From assembly GCA_039799965.1 (NCBI GenBank), contig JBDLRS010000015.1, positions 7,497 through 71,496 of the forward strand: a stretch of DNA of 64,000 nucleotides, given 5' to 3'. The notes under the pieces are model-generated. The model searched no databases and had not been told where the DNA came from. It saw only the letters and a list, made by a program, of their open reading frames with translations. This document shows positions 18,680 through 29,639 of the stretch, piece after piece. A program made the position numbers and the translations under genes. The DNA is from Pseudomonadota bacterium (GTDB taxonomy: Bacteria > Bdellovibrionota_C > UBA2361 > OMII01). The stretch's first letter is position 1; each line of letters begins with the position of its first letter.

Positions 18680-19642
18680 ATGGTCGACCACCTTTTGGGA
18701 ATACAAGGGCTTTCGAAGAGTGAAATTTATCGGTACCTCGACACGGCACACTCGTTTGTAGAGGTTTCCGAGCGGGACATCAAGAAGGTTCCAACTCTCC
18801 GCGGTAAAACAATCGTCAACATATTCTTCGAGCCGAGCACTCGCACGCTTGCCAGCTTCGATATAGCTGGAAAGCGACTCTCCGCCGATACGATTAACGT
18901 CAGTATCGGTTCGAGTTCGGTGAAGAAGGGTGAGACGCTCCTTGATACCGTACGCACACTTGAATCAATGAAGCCCGATGTTCTCGTCATGAGGCACTCG
19001 GAGAGCGGAGCTCCACACTTCGCTGCACGATGCCTGGCGAACACCTCCGTTGTGAACGCCGGTGACGGTCAACATGAACATCCCACGCAAGCACTTCTCG
19101 ATCTGCTCACGATACGTCAGCACTTCAAAGGTCGTGGCATCGAGGGACTCAAGGTCGGATATGTTGGTGACGTACGCCACTCCCGCGTAGCTCGCAGTAG
19201 CGTATGGGCAAACCTCGCGCTTGGTAACGAGGTTCGGCTCATCGGTCCGAACACCTTGGTACCTGAGGATTTCGCTCGGGGAACGTTCGGTGAGGGAAAG
19301 GTGCAGGTTTTCGATAAGCTTGAGGCCGGTCTTGAGGGGCTCGATGTGGTGGTCGCCCTGCGTATGCAGCTTGAGCGCCAAGAGGAGCACTTTGTTCCGA
19401 ATCTCGACGAGTACAGCCGCGAGTATTGCATTAGTGAGGGGCTCCTCTCTAAGGTTGCACCGAATTCCATCGTTATTCACCCCGGTCCAATGAATCGAGG
19501 GACTGAGATCGCAAGCGATGTCGCGGATGGTCCCCGATCATTGATCCGGCAACAGGTCACGAACGGTGTGGCTGTGCGCATGGCGGTTCTCTACCTCCTT
19601 GCGCGTACCGTGGAATCTGTTGAGGAGGTTGGGCATGGCTAA
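18680..19642 (+). CDS. pyrB: Aspartate carbamoyltransferase catalytic subunit.
   Basis: STRTR motif (EPSTRTLASF) and HP.Q motifs. The start is placed at ATG 18680 (the track GTG is at 18659). Confidence 0.9.
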   Translation: MVDHLLGIQGLSKSEIYRYLDTAHSFVEVSERDIKKVPTLRGKTIVNIFFEPSTRTLASFDIAGKRLSADTINVSIGSSSVKKGETLLDTVRTLESMKPDVLVMRHSESGAPHFAARCLANTSVVNAGDGQHEHPTQALLDLLTIRQHFKGRGIEGLKVGYVGDVRHSRVARSSVWANLALGNEVRLIGPNTLVPEDFARGTFGEGKVQVFDKLEAGLEGLDVVVALRMQLERQEEHFVPNLDEYSREYCISEGLLSKVAPNSIVIHPGPMNRGTEIASDVADGPRSLIRQQVTNGVAVRMAVLYLLARTVESVEEVGHG

Positions 19643-20975
19643 ATCAAAACCGGTTGTTATTCATGGTGGAACCCTTGTCGACGCTGCGTCAGACCGTGAT
19701 GGCGCGTTCGACCTGCTCATTGAGGAGGGAAAGATCGCGGCTATTGAGAAGCCGGGTGTGTTGACCTCTAAAGTAGAGGCTGATCACCTAGACGCCCAGG
19801 GGCAGTGGGTGATGCCCGGTTGCGTGGACCTTCACGTGCATCTCCGCGAGCCGGGAGAGGAGTGGAAGGAGACGATACAAACTGGCGCAGAAGCTGCCGC
19901 TCTTGGTGGGTACACCTCGATCTGTTGCATGCCGAACACTAAACCGGCGAACGACTCACCCGAAGTCACTCGATTCATCCTGGAAAAGGCGAAGGCCGCT
20001 GGTGCATCACGAGTCCTTCCAATAGGCGCCATTTCTATGGACCGAAAGGGGCAACAACTAGCGCCGTACCATGAGCTCGCAAAGGCTGGGTGTGTCGCGT
20101 TCTCTGACGATGGAGATCCCGTAGCTGACGCCGGGCTTATGCGTCGTGCCCTGGAGTGGTGCTTAATGCTCGGCTTGCCGCTCTCGTGCCACGAAGAGGA
20201 TCGCAATCTTAGCTGCGGGGGCTGCATGAACGAGTCACCGCTCTCACTTAGGTTGGGGCTCAAGGGATTCCCCGGCGTCGCTGAGGATGTGATGATCGCC
20301 CGGGATATCGAGCTCGCTCGCTTCACCAAGGGCAAGGTTCATATCTGTCACGTCTCCACCGCTCGCGGCGTTGAGCTGATTCGGCGCGCCAAGAACGATG
20401 GTATCAACATCACCTGCGAAGTGGCTCCACACCATCTCTTGCTCAATGAGTGTTGCGTTGAGACCTACGACACCTCGTACAAGATGATGCCACCGTTAAA
20501 GGGCGATGAGGATATAGCTGGTTTGATTGAGGGCCTCAAGGATGGGACGGTCGACGCTATTGCGAGCGATCACGCGCCGCACCATGCCGACAGCAAGCTT
20601 GTGGAGTTCTCTCGCGCTACTGTGGGAATCCTCGGGCTGCAAACGAGCTTGCCCCTCCTTATGGAGATGTCCGCGCAGGGCATAATCAGTCGTACACGGA
20701 TGGTAGACCTGCTCTCTTCCGGTCCCTGTCGCTCCTTTGGTCTCGATTATGGAACGTTAAAGATCGGGCGCGACGCTGACGTCATCGTTGTCGATCCTTC
20801 CCGCACGTGGACATTCTCGTCGGATGAGATCCGTTCCAAGTCAAAGAACAGTCCGTTTATCGGTCGCACGTTGACGGGACAAGCCGCACACACCTTTGTG
20901 GGTGGTCGTCATGTGGTGAGTAATGGACTGTTGGTGTCGGATCGGGGAGAGGCGGCGGCCGCGAATTCAAGATAA
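19635..20975 (+). CDS. pyrC: Dihydroorotase (multifunctional-complex type).
   Basis: DLHVHLREPG metal-binding HxH is present, as is a downstream Asp. The start ATG 19635 overlaps the pyrB stop and has GAGGAGG upstream. Confidence 0.85.
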   Translation: MAKSKPVVIHGGTLVDAASDRDGAFDLLIEEGKIAAIEKPGVLTSKVEADHLDAQGQWVMPGCVDLHVHLREPGEEWKETIQTGAEAAALGGYTSICCMPNTKPANDSPEVTRFILEKAKAAGASRVLPIGAISMDRKGQQLAPYHELAKAGCVAFSDDGDPVADAGLMRRALEWCLMLGLPLSCHEEDRNLSCGGCMNESPLSLRLGLKGFPGVAEDVMIARDIELARFTKGKVHICHVSTARGVELIRRAKNDGINITCEVAPHHLLLNECCVETYDTSYKMMPPLKGDEDIAGLIEGLKDGTVDAIASDHAPHHADSKLVEFSRATVGILGLQTSLPLLMEMSAQGIISRTRMVDLLSSGPCRSFGLDYGTLKIGRDADVIVVDPSRTWTFSSDEIRSKSKNSPFIGRTLTGQAAHTFVGGRHVVSNGLLVSDRGEAAAANSR

Positions 20976-20988
20976 GAGAGAGCACACT

Positions 20989-22182
20989 ATGAAGAACGAG
21001 CGACCACAAACTGGAGCGACTGAGGCGAGAGGCGAAGTAGGATACCTCGCTTTCGCGGACGGCGCGATCTTCAAAGGGAAATGCTTCGGGGCGTTGCGAG
21101 GAGCCTCCAATCCGGTTACCGGCGAGGCGGTTTTCAACACATCCATGTACGGCTATCAGGAGATCCTAACCGACCCCAGTTACGCCGGGCAGGTGATGTG
21201 CTTTACCTATCCGCATATCGGTAACGTTGGATGTAACGAGGAAGATGTAGAGTCCTCGCAGATCTTCACTGAGGGTTTGGTCGTTCGAGCTGCTCACAAG
21301 ACCCCATCGAATTTCCGCGCAACTGTTTCTCTTCAATCCTATCTCGCTCGAAATAACGTGATGGGTCTTGAGGGGATCGATACCCGTGTCATCGTGTCGC
21401 ATCTGCGTGACCATGGCGCGCAGATGTCGGTGATGGCCGGCGGCGCGGACGTGAAACCAGATGAGCTCGTTGATCGTGCGAAAACCCTTGGCTCGATGGA
21501 GGGGAAAGATTTCGTGAAGCACGTTGCGTGCAAAGAGACGTACACATGGGACCACCTCTCGTGGAGTCTCGCACACGGTAATTCCAGAAAGCTCTCACAG
21601 GAGCAGCTTGTATCACGGCCTCATGTCGTTGCGGTAGATTGTGGTGTGAAGACAAACATCCTGCGGCTTCTTGTTGATGTGGGATTCCGTGTGACGGTTG
21701 TTCCCGCTGGCACTAGCGCGGATGATATTATGGCGCTCCGGCCTGACGGCGTGTTTCTCTCAAATGGGCCGGGCGATCCCGCGACCCTAGGGTACGTTGT
21801 AAAGCCCGCTAGGGAGCTGCTCGGAAGGGTTCCTATGTTCGGCATCTGTCTCGGGCATCAGATCCTCGGACAGGCATTCGGTGGTACGACCTATAAGTTG
21901 AAGTTCGGTCACCGTGGTGGAAACCATCCGGTACGAGATGAGACAACGGGAAAGGTTGAGATCACCGTGCAGAATCACGGATTCGCCGTGAAAAAAGAGG
22001 GCCTCTCCGACAAGGTAAAGGTCTCCCACATCAATCTTAATGACAACACCGTTGAGGGTCTCGAGTCGAAAGCACTGAAGGCGTTCTCGGTGCAGTACCA
22101 CCCAGAGGCATCGCCGGGACCGCACGATTCCCGATACCTCTTCAAGCGATTTTTTGATCTCGTCGTAGGGGCAGGAGCGTAA
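20989..22182 (+). CDS. carA: Carbamoyl-phosphate synthase small (glutaminase) subunit.
   Basis: Class I glutamine amidotransferase with the catalytic GICLGHQ. Start chosen at ATG 20989. Confidence 0.9.
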   Translation: MKNERPQTGATEARGEVGYLAFADGAIFKGKCFGALRGASNPVTGEAVFNTSMYGYQEILTDPSYAGQVMCFTYPHIGNVGCNEEDVESSQIFTEGLVVRAAHKTPSNFRATVSLQSYLARNNVMGLEGIDTRVIVSHLRDHGAQMSVMAGGADVKPDELVDRAKTLGSMEGKDFVKHVACKETYTWDHLSWSLAHGNSRKLSQEQLVSRPHVVAVDCGVKTNILRLLVDVGFRVTVVPAGTSADDIMALRPDGVFLSNGPGDPATLGYVVKPARELLGRVPMFGICLGHQILGQAFGGTTYKLKFGHRGGNHPVRDETTGKVEITVQNHGFAVKKEGLSDKVKVSHINLNDNTVEGLESKALKAFSVQYHPEASPGPHDSRYLFKRFFDLVVGAGA

Positions 22183-22183
22183 G

Positions 22184-25100
22184 ATGCCAAAAAGAACTGA
22201 TATTAAATCCATACTCCTGATCGGCTCAGGGCCTATCGTCATCGGACAGGCGTGTGAGTTCGACTACTCTGGTACGCAGGCTATTAAGGCGCTGAAGCAA
22301 GAGGGGTACAAGGTCATCCTGGTAAACTCTAATCCCGCTACCATCATGACCGATCCCGAGTTTGCGGATCGTACCTACATCGAGCCGATCACGGCTGACT
22401 TCGTTGAGGAGATTATCAGGATCGAGCGTCCGGACGCCGTTCTTCCTACGATGGGCGGGCAGACGGCGCTCAATACCGCGCTTGAACTTGAGGAGCGGGG
22501 AGTTTTCAAGAGGTACGGATGTCAGCTTATCGGCGCGAACGTCCAGGCGATTAAGACCGCAGAGGATCGTGACCTTTTCCGTAAAGCGATGGATGAGATC
22601 GGACTTGAGTCCGCTCGTTCGGTGCTCGCGACCTCCATTAAGGACGCTGAGGCAGCGGCGAATACGCTTGGGTACCCACTTGTGCTTCGTCCATCTCGAA
22701 CCCTCGGAGGAACGGGGGGAGGAATTGTGAAGTCCCCTGATGAGCTTCACCGAAAGGTTGGTATAGCCCTCGCCGCAAGTCCAAACCATGAGGTCCTTAT
22801 TGAGGAGTCCCTTTTGGGTTGGAAGGAGATCGAGCTTGAGGTGATGCGTGACCTCAAGGACAACGTCGTGATCGTGTGCGGTATAGAGAACTTTGACCCA
22901 ATGGGTGTGCACACGGGAGATTCTATCACGGTAGCCCCGATTCAAACGTTAACCGACAAGGAGTATCAATTGCTTCGTGACGCGGCCATTAGGGTGATGC
23001 GTCGTATCGGTGTTGATACCGGTGGTTCGAACGTTCAGTTCTCCCTCAATCCAAAGGATGGACGGATTATCGTTATTGAGATGAATCCCCGCGTGTCGAG
23101 AAGCTCCGCGCTCGCGTCGAAAGCGACCGGGTTCCCGATCGCGAAGATCGCGGCCAAGCTCGCCGTAGGCTACACCCTCGATGAGATCTCAAACGATATC
23201 ACTAAGGAAACCCCCGCGTGCTTTGAGCCCTCGATCGATTACGTTGTGGTGAAGATCCCACGATTTAACTTCGAGAAATTCCCAACCGCGGACACCACCC
23301 TTGGAACTCAGATGAAGTCGGTGGGAGAGGTGCTCTCGTTCGGTCGTACCTTCCAAGAGGCGCTCCAAAAAGCGATGTGCTCCATGGAGATGGATACCTA
23401 TGGGTTTGATCGAGCAAAGCTCACCAAGGATATGGGTAGGCAGGAGATCTTGGACGCCGCCGGCGTTTCAGGACCGCACAGGTTGTGGATAGTAGGGGAG
23501 GCTCTTCGCGCGAAGTTCTCGGTGCGGGACCTTTTCCAAACTACCGCAATCGATCCATGGTTCCTTGGTCAGATTGAGGAGATCATTCAACGTGAGGAGT
23601 CCCTCAAGGGCACTTCGCTCGAGAGCCTTGATCGAGAGGCGCTCCATGAATTAAAGAGCCTCGGATTTACAGACCGTCGGCTCGGGCAGATCTTGGACGT
23701 CAAAGAGTCCACCGTTCGTGACCACCGCAAGAAGCTGAAGGTTGCGAGCTCGTTTAAATCGGTTGATACGTGTGCGGCTGAATTCGTCGCGCACACGCCA
23801 TACCTCTATTCCTCGTATGATCAAGGCGAGGACGCTCCTCCAACCAATCGCAGGAAGGTTATGATCCTGGGAGCGGGGCCGAATCGAATCGGGCAGGGGA
23901 TTGAGTTCGACTACTGCTGCGTACACGCGGCGATGGCCCTGAGAGAGGATGGCTATGAAACAATCATGGTCAACTGTAACCCGGAGACCGTATCTACTGA
24001 CTACGATACGAGCAATCGTCTCTACTTCGAGCCCCTTACGGTTGAGTCGGTGCTCTCGATCGTTGAGCGCGAGAAGCCTTACGGCGTTATCGTTCAGTTC
24101 GGTGGGCAGACCCCGCTTCGTATCGCGAACGAGCTCGCGGCACATGGGGTTCCTATCATCGGCACCTCGGTTGACTCTATCGATATCGCTGAGGACCGAG
24201 AGCGATTCTCAGCGTTAATCAATAAGCTCGGACTTCGACAGCCACAGTACGCAACTGCTCGTTCCGCGGAAGAGGCTCTTGAGGCGGCGCGATACGTCGG
24301 CTTTCCTCTCATGATACGCCCATCCTTTGTGCTCGGTGGACGCGCGATGCGCATTATTTATACCGAGGATGAGGTAAAAGCCTACATGCAGGAGGGTGTG
24401 GAAGTTTCTCACGATCGTCCAGTACTGCTGGATCGATTCCTGGATTCAGCTATTGAGGTGGATGTAGACGCGGTGAGCGACGGCAAGAATGTGCTTATCG
24501 CCGGCGTGATGGAGCACATCGAACCAGCGGGGATTCACTCCGGTGATAGTTCGTGCTGTTTGCCACCGCAGACCCTCTTACAGACCGTTGTTGATGAGAT
24601 GAAGCGACAAGCAAAGATCCTTGCAAAGGAGCTCAACGTCATCGGTCTCATGAACATCCAGTTTGCGGTCACGGAAGCGGGAGAGATTTATGTTCTTGAG
24701 GTTAATCCTCGCGCGTCCCGAACCGTTCCTTTTGTCAGTAAGGCAACGGGAGTTCCGTGGGCGAAGGTGGCCTCGCGAGTTATGGCTGGAAAAACCCTCG
24801 ATGATCTCGGTGTGAAAGAGGTAGAGCCGGTGGGGTATGTATCCGTTAAGGCGTCTGTATTTCCATTCAGTAAGTTCTCCGGCGTCGATACGATCCTTGG
24901 ACCTGAGATGAAATCTACCGGTGAAGTGATGGGTATTCACACCAATTTCGGTGGCGCCTTCGCGAAGAGTCAGTTCGCGTCGAATACGACCCTTCCGTCA
25001 ACCGGTAAGGTCTTTCTAAGCATTAGAGATCGTGACAAGGGGCCTTTGCCAGGGATGGTCAAGCGCCTCTCAGGGCTTGGTTTCTCAATCGTCGCTACGA

Positions 25101-25447
25101 AGGGTTCCGCGCAGTTCCTCAAGGAGCACGGACTTGAGGTTGAGGTAGTCAACAAGGTCCGTGAGGGTTCTCCGCATATCGTGGATATGCTCGGACGGGG
25201 TGAGATCGTGATGGTGATTAACACTCCGGAAGGGTGGCAGCCAGTGATGGACTCCAAGTCGATCCGCATCGTGGCGAATGAGATGCGTATTCCAACGTAT
25301 ACAACGATCGCCGCGGGCCGCGCGGTGTCGGAAGCGCTTGGGATGGTGAAGGATAGGAGTTACCTCTCGGTGCGCGCGCTGCAGGACTACCTGTGTCCAG
25401 GTGTGCAGGAGAACCTTCCTCCTGCAGCCTCTGCCGCTATGAGGTAG
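22184..25447 (+). CDS. carB: Carbamoyl-phosphate synthase large subunit.
   Basis: 1087 aa with duplicated ATP-grasp halves and an MGS-like C-terminus. The start overlaps the carA stop. Confidence 0.95.
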   Translation: MPKRTDIKSILLIGSGPIVIGQACEFDYSGTQAIKALKQEGYKVILVNSNPATIMTDPEFADRTYIEPITADFVEEIIRIERPDAVLPTMGGQTALNTALELEERGVFKRYGCQLIGANVQAIKTAEDRDLFRKAMDEIGLESARSVLATSIKDAEAAANTLGYPLVLRPSRTLGGTGGGIVKSPDELHRKVGIALAASPNHEVLIEESLLGWKEIELEVMRDLKDNVVIVCGIENFDPMGVHTGDSITVAPIQTLTDKEYQLLRDAAIRVMRRIGVDTGGSNVQFSLNPKDGRIIVIEMNPRVSRSSALASKATGFPIAKIAAKLAVGYTLDEISNDITKETPACFEPSIDYVVVKIPRFNFEKFPTADTTLGTQMKSVGEVLSFGRTFQEALQKAMCSMEMDTYGFDRAKLTKDMGRQEILDAAGVSGPHRLWIVGEALRAKFSVRDLFQTTAIDPWFLGQIEEIIQREESLKGTSLESLDREALHELKSLGFTDRRLGQILDVKESTVRDHRKKLKVASSFKSVDTCAAEFVAHTPYLYSSYDQGEDAPPTNRRKVMILGAGPNRIGQGIEFDYCCVHAAMALREDGYETIMVNCNPETVSTDYDTSNRLYFEPLTVESVLSIVEREKPYGVIVQFGGQTPLRIANELAAHGVPIIGTSVDSIDIAEDRERFSALINKLGLRQPQYATARSAEEALEAARYVGFPLMIRPSFVLGGRAMRIIYTEDEVKAYMQEGVEVSHDRPVLLDRFLDSAIEVDVDAVSDGKNVLIAGVMEHIEPAGIHSGDSSCCLPPQTLLQTVVDEMKRQAKILAKELNVIGLMNIQFAVTEAGEIYVLEVNPRASRTVPFVSKATGVPWAKVASRVMAGKTLDDLGVKEVEPVGYVSVKASVFPFSKFSGVDTILGPEMKSTGEVMGIHTNFGGAFAKSQFASNTTLPSTGKVFLSIRDRDKGPLPGMVKRLSGLGFSIVATKGSAQFLKEHGLEVEVVNKVREGSPHIVDMLGRGEIVMVINTPEGWQPVMDSKSIRIVANEMRIPTYTTIAAGRAVSEALGMVKDRSYLSVRALQDYLCPGVQENLPPAASAAMR

Positions 25448-25610
25448 GGACGGGAGGGGGCATCTGCTCTTGGTGCGGTGATATCTGGGCGGGTGGTTGT
25501 TTGGTTCCTCCGAATGACGGGCTTGGGTGAGCTTGCCTGTCTTTTCCCCATGCAAGGATTATCCCGGACTTGGAGCATGTGCGCGATCCTTTATCTTTAA
25601 AACTGTCCCC

Positions 25611-25755
25611 TGATCCTAACTTCGGCAGGTGCGGGTCTGAAAATGGCGCATCTGACTAGAATCACTTTGTCTTTTGAATTTTCGGTGCTCACCCTGACGG
25701 GGCAATCTGGGCGTTCCTCATGCGCAACAGGAAATCATTTTTCACCACCCTGCTA
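25611..25755. repeat. MITE-like repeat, copy B. It appears chimeric. The left roughly 90 bp match family 1 (copy A). The right end, CACCACCCTGCTAG, matches the TIR of the 37676..37787 element in inverted orientation.
   Basis: Read directly: 25611..25700 is about 93% identical to 16145..16234, and 25711..25755 is the reverse complement of 37676..37716. Confidence 0.55.
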
Positions 25756-25923
25756 GTTATTTACAGCCTCGATGGCCTTTGATAACCTGCTGCGATAGCT
25801 AAAGATATTTCTACCGATTAACGCCTCCTGCCGGTGGCGTAGGGTAGAGTTTGGCAGATGATTCGGCGCTTCTTTTCTAGGGCGCGGCTCATCTGAACGT
25901 GTCCCAGAGGGAGTTTGTAAGAT

Positions 25924-26316
25924 ATGGCCCGCATTACCGTAGAAGATTGTCTCGTTCAAGAGAATAACCGTTTCTCGCTCGTGCAGCTTGCGTCAAAGCG
26001 CACGAAGCAGCTCCTGCAGGGTTCTACTCCACAAACAAACGATCGTCGTAACAAATCCGTGGTGACAGCGCTTCGAGAGATCGCTGATGGTAAGGTTCGT
26101 TTCATGACTCCTGAGGAAACGGTTCAGTATGAGGCTGAGAAGGCGCGTGAGGCTGAAGAGGCTCGTATCGCTGCGGCCGCTGAGCGTGAGCGTCGGCCTG
26201 AAATCGGCGCTGGCCTTTTCGGGAATGGTGGTGATACCCGTTCGACCGATTTCCTTCGCGATTCACTTACGAAGACCGGTCCAGTAAGTGCTGGCGATGA
26301 TGACGACGAGGAGTAG
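25924..26316 (+). CDS. rpoZ: DNA-directed RNA polymerase subunit omega, with an extended acidic C-terminus.
   Basis: The N-terminal ARITVEDCL...[16 protein letters not shown] is the omega signature. Located upstream of the RelA/SpoT gene. Confidence 0.8.
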   Translation: MARITVEDCLVQENNRFSLVQLASKRTKQLLQGSTPQTNDRRNKSVVTALREIADGKVRFMTPEETVQYEAEKAREAEEARIAAAAERERRPEIGAGLFGNGGDTRSTDFLRDSLTKTGPVSAGDDDDEE

Positions 26317-26370
26317 ACCGTTCTTCGCATTCAAAAGGTTTAATCATAAGATCCTAGGTGGTGTCCCGGT

Positions 26371-28557
26371 ATGTCTTTTGAGCAGCTCGCGGACGCACTG
26401 AAGAAATACCACCCTAGTCCCGACCTCGATACCCTCAAGAGGGCGTACGATTTCGCCTTTGAGTGCCATAAGGGGCAGATTCGAGCGTCGGGAGATCCAT
26501 ACTTCAATCACATTGAGGAGACCGCCCTTCTTGTTTGCAAGCTTAAACTTGACGAGCCGTCGGTGGTGGCATCGTTACTTCACGATACGATCGAGGATAG
26601 CGACGTTACTCGTGAGGACATTCAACGCGAGTTCGGCCCCGGCGTAGCGGATATCGTTGAGGGAGTCACAAAACTTACCCGTATTGAATTCGAGTCTCGT
26701 GAAGAGAAGCAGGCGGAGAACTTCCGAAAGATGCTTCTCGCGATGGCGAAAGATATTCGCGTGGTATTGGTCAAGTTGTGCGACCGTTTGCACAATATGC
26801 GAACCCTCAAATACTTCTCTGAGGATAAGCAGCAGCGTATCGCGACGGAGACGCAGGAGATCTACGCGCCGCTCGCCAATCGACTCGGTATTCACTGGAT
26901 AAAGTCCGAACTTGAGGATCTCTGCCTCCTGTATCTCCGACCTGAACTCTACGATCAGATCGAGAACCACATAAAAAAATCCGCTCCGGAGCGTGAGGCA
27001 TACGTTGAAAAGGCTACCATTGATATTCAAAAGACCTTAGCTGAAGCTGGAATCTCGGCTTCGGTGAAGGGTCGTGGAAAGCACTACTACTCCATCTGGC
27101 AGAAGATGGATAAGGACAAACTCTCCTTCGAGGATGTGTACGATATCCTGGGCTTCCGTGTGATCGTACCGACCGTTCGCGCGTGTTACGAGTCGCTCGG
27201 TGTCGTTCACTCGGCGTGGAAGCCGATCCCAGGTCGATTCAAAGATTTCATCGCGATGCCGAAGCCTAACATGTACCAGTCACTCCACACCTCGGTCATC
27301 GGTCCAGAGGGGCAGCGCATAGAGATCCAGATCCGAACTCCCGAGATGCACCGCATCGCCGAGGAAGGTATCGCTGCTCACTGGCGATATAAGGAGGGCG
27401 ATGGGGCTCCAGCGTTCGATCTGCAGTGGGTGAAGGAGCTCGTAGAGACGCAGCAATATCTCAAGAACCCAGATGAGTTCCTCCAATCCGTGAAGGGAGA
27501 GCTCTATCCTGAGGAGGTATTCATCTTTACCCCTCGCGGTGATCTTATTCGCCTCGCCTACGGCGCGACACCGGTCGATTTCGCCTACGCCGTGCATACA
27601 GACGTTGGGCACCGCACAGTGGGAGCGCGCGTGAACGGGCAGATGGTGTCGCTTGATCATACCCTGTCGAACGGGGACACGGTCGAGGTCGTCACCTCGA
27701 AGACGCACGTTCCGAGCAAGGATTGGCTCCGATTCGTGAAGACCTCCAAAGCGAAGCAGCGCATTCGCGCGTTCCTCAAGGCTGAGGAGCACGCACGCTC
27801 GCTCGTATTGGGAATGGATCTCCTGACGAAAGATCTCCGCAAGGTTAAGCTGAGTCTGAAGAAGCTCGAAAAGGACGGAAGCCTTCAAAAAGTAGCTGAG
27901 GAGATGGGCCTGAAAGCCGTCGGGGATCTCTTCGCTGGTATTGGATACGGTAAGATCAGCTCCGCGAAGGTGATTGCTAAGATTCTGCCTGAGGATAAAT
28001 CCGTCGTAGCGAAGCTGGAAACACAGCCATCGCCACTTCAGCGCATCTTCCAGCGGGCCGCGGCGGTGAGTCGTGATAGAGTTGGTGTGCGGGTGTCCGG
28101 TCTTGATGACATTCTGGTTCGATTCGCCAAGTGCTGTGAGCCCCTTCCTGGGGATCGGATAGTTGGTTTCATCACTCGCGGTCGTGGCGTGACGGTGCAT
28201 AACGCCGAGTGTCCGTTCGTGTTGAGCAGCGATGTGATGCGGCAGATCGATGTTGAATGGGATACGGGGGTTCGCGCTCCTCGCCGAGTCCGTATCACGG
28301 TTCATTCGCAGGATCAGCTCGGATTGCTCGCTTCTGTTACGCAGGCGATCACAACTATCGGCGTGAACATCGCGAGTGCGCAAATTAAAACCGAACGTGG
28401 CAAAGCGGTCATCAGCTTCGAGCTCACGATCGCGGACGCGAACCAACTCCAAAAGATTAAGCGCGCTATCGAGATGGTTCCCGGCGTGATTAAGGTTGAG
28501 CGTGTAAGGCACCTTTCCGGTCCGGGCGAGGTGGATAGCGAGAGGGGGGACGCGTGA
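26371..28557 (+). CDS. spoT: Bifunctional (p)ppGpp synthetase/hydrolase (RelA/SpoT homologue).
   Basis: HD hydrolase domain (HDTIEDS), synthetase domain, TGS and ACT C-terminal domains, 728 aa. Confidence 0.9.
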   Translation: MSFEQLADALKKYHPSPDLDTLKRAYDFAFECHKGQIRASGDPYFNHIEETALLVCKLKLDEPSVVASLLHDTIEDSDVTREDIQREFGPGVADIVEGVTKLTRIEFESREEKQAENFRKMLLAMAKDIRVVLVKLCDRLHNMRTLKYFSEDKQQRIATETQEIYAPLANRLGIHWIKSELEDLCLLYLRPELYDQIENHIKKSAPEREAYVEKATIDIQKTLAEAGISASVKGRGKHYYSIWQKMDKDKLSFEDVYDILGFRVIVPTVRACYESLGVVHSAWKPIPGRFKDFIAMPKPNMYQSLHTSVIGPEGQRIEIQIRTPEMHRIAEEGIAAHWRYKEGDGAPAFDLQWVKELVETQQYLKNPDEFLQSVKGELYPEEVFIFTPRGDLIRLAYGATPVDFAYAVHTDVGHRTVGARVNGQMVSLDHTLSNGDTVEVVTSKTHVPSKDWLRFVKTSKAKQRIRAFLKAEEHARSLVLGMDLLTKDLRKVKLSLKKLEKDGSLQKVAEEMGLKAVGDLFAGIGYGKISSAKVIAKILPEDKSVVAKLETQPSPLQRIFQRAAAVSRDRVGVRVSGLDDILVRFAKCCEPLPGDRIVGFITRGRGVTVHNAECPFVLSSDVMRQIDVEWDTGVRAPRRVRITVHSQDQLGLLASVTQAITTIGVNIASAQIKTERGKAVISFELTIADANQLQKIKRAIEMVPGVIKVERVRHLSGPGEVDSERGDA

Positions 28558-29639
28558 TGCACCTCTCCTGGCTCTTCGTGTTCGTTGTTTGGGGGATGGT
28601 AGCGAGCAGAGCTGACGCTCAGGTTCCAAATCTTCCCTCTCGTACCCCCGAAGAGCAAAAAACCATAGATCTCTACAAACGTGTTAACCGCGCCGTTGTG
28701 TTCATCACCACCCGCAGCTACGTGATCGACCCGTTTACGTTCTTCGACGATATCAAGCCTCAGGAGGGCACGGGGAGCGGAACGATTATCGACGCTGACG
28801 GTAAGCTTGTGGTGACCAATTTGCACGTTGTGCAGGGCGCTCTCCAATCGGGTGGGAGCGTTGAGATTATGCTCGCCTCTGGTGAGAGTAGTAAGGCAAC
28901 CCTTGTGGGATACGATCAAGAGAACGACATCGCTGTGCTGAAATTGTCGGACAAGGTCCGAGATGTTGTGGCGGTTCCGTTCGGAGACTCCTCTAAGCTT
29001 GAGATCGGACAGCGTGTGTTCGCTATCGGAAATCCCTTCGGCCTGTATCGAAGCCTAACCTCCGGTATCGTCTCCTCGCTCGATAGAACCATGAAGACCG
29101 GGAATGGAACGGCGCTGAGAGATCTGATTCAAACCGACGCGGCGATCAATCCCGGAAACTCCGGCGGACCGTTGCTCGACAGTGATGGTCGCCTCATCGG
29201 GATTAACACCGCTATTTTAAGTCAATCTGGATCCTCCGCTGGGATCGGCTTCGCTGTCCCAATCAACACTATTCGACGAGTGCTTCCAGAGCTTCTCTCA
29301 AACGGCAAGGTCAGTCGTCCACGCATGGGGTGGCAGCTTGTGGATACGGACCAAGGACCGATGGTGCTTCGTGTCGCGCCTACCGGGGTCGCAGCTCTCG
29401 CGGGGATCTCGCCGATTGAGCGTCCGCTTCCCACGAGCGCGTTTGTTCGCGGCTATCGTGAGGATATTGAGAGCGCCGATCTGATCTACAAAGTCGATGG
29501 CGCTAAGGTAAAAAACCGAGATGAGGTCGAAGACGCGATTCGGCGCTCCGATCGGTCGCACAGTGTGACACTCGTGCTCCGGAAAGGTGGTATGTACGGG
29601 CGTGAACGTGAAGTCAAGGTCGTTCCGAGGTGGGAATGA
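28557..29639 (+). CDS. HtrA/DegP-family periplasmic serine protease with one PDZ domain.
   Basis: Signal peptide, catalytic triad context (NLHVV, DIAVLKL, GNSGGPL) and a C-terminal PDZ. The ATG overlaps the spoT stop. Confidence 0.85.
   Translation: MHLSWLFVFVVWGMVASRADAQVPNLPSRTPEEQKTIDLYKRVNRAVVFITTRSYVIDPFTFFDDIKPQEGTGSGTIIDADGKLVVTNLHVVQGALQSGGSVEIMLASGESSKATLVGYDQENDIAVLKLSDKVRDVVAVPFGDSSKLEIGQRVFAIGNPFGLYRSLTSGIVSSLDRTMKTGNGTALRDLIQTDAAINPGNSGGPLLDSDGRLIGINTAILSQSGSSAGIGFAVPINTIRRVLPELLSNGKVSRPRMGWQLVDTDQGPMVLRVAPTGVAALAGISPIERPLPTSAFVRGYREDIESADLIYKVDGAKVKNRDEVEDAIRRSDRSHSVTLVLRKGGMYGREREVKVVPRWE

Noticed and set aside
22226-22945. 239-aa minus-strand ORF inside carB.
   Set aside because: Antisense to a highly conserved gene, with arginine-rich low-complexity translation typical of GC-rich antisense frames.
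27280-28629. 449-aa ORF on the minus strand.
   Set aside because: It is entirely antisense to the well-supported RelA/SpoT gene. Long antisense ORFs are expected at this GC content. No motifs.
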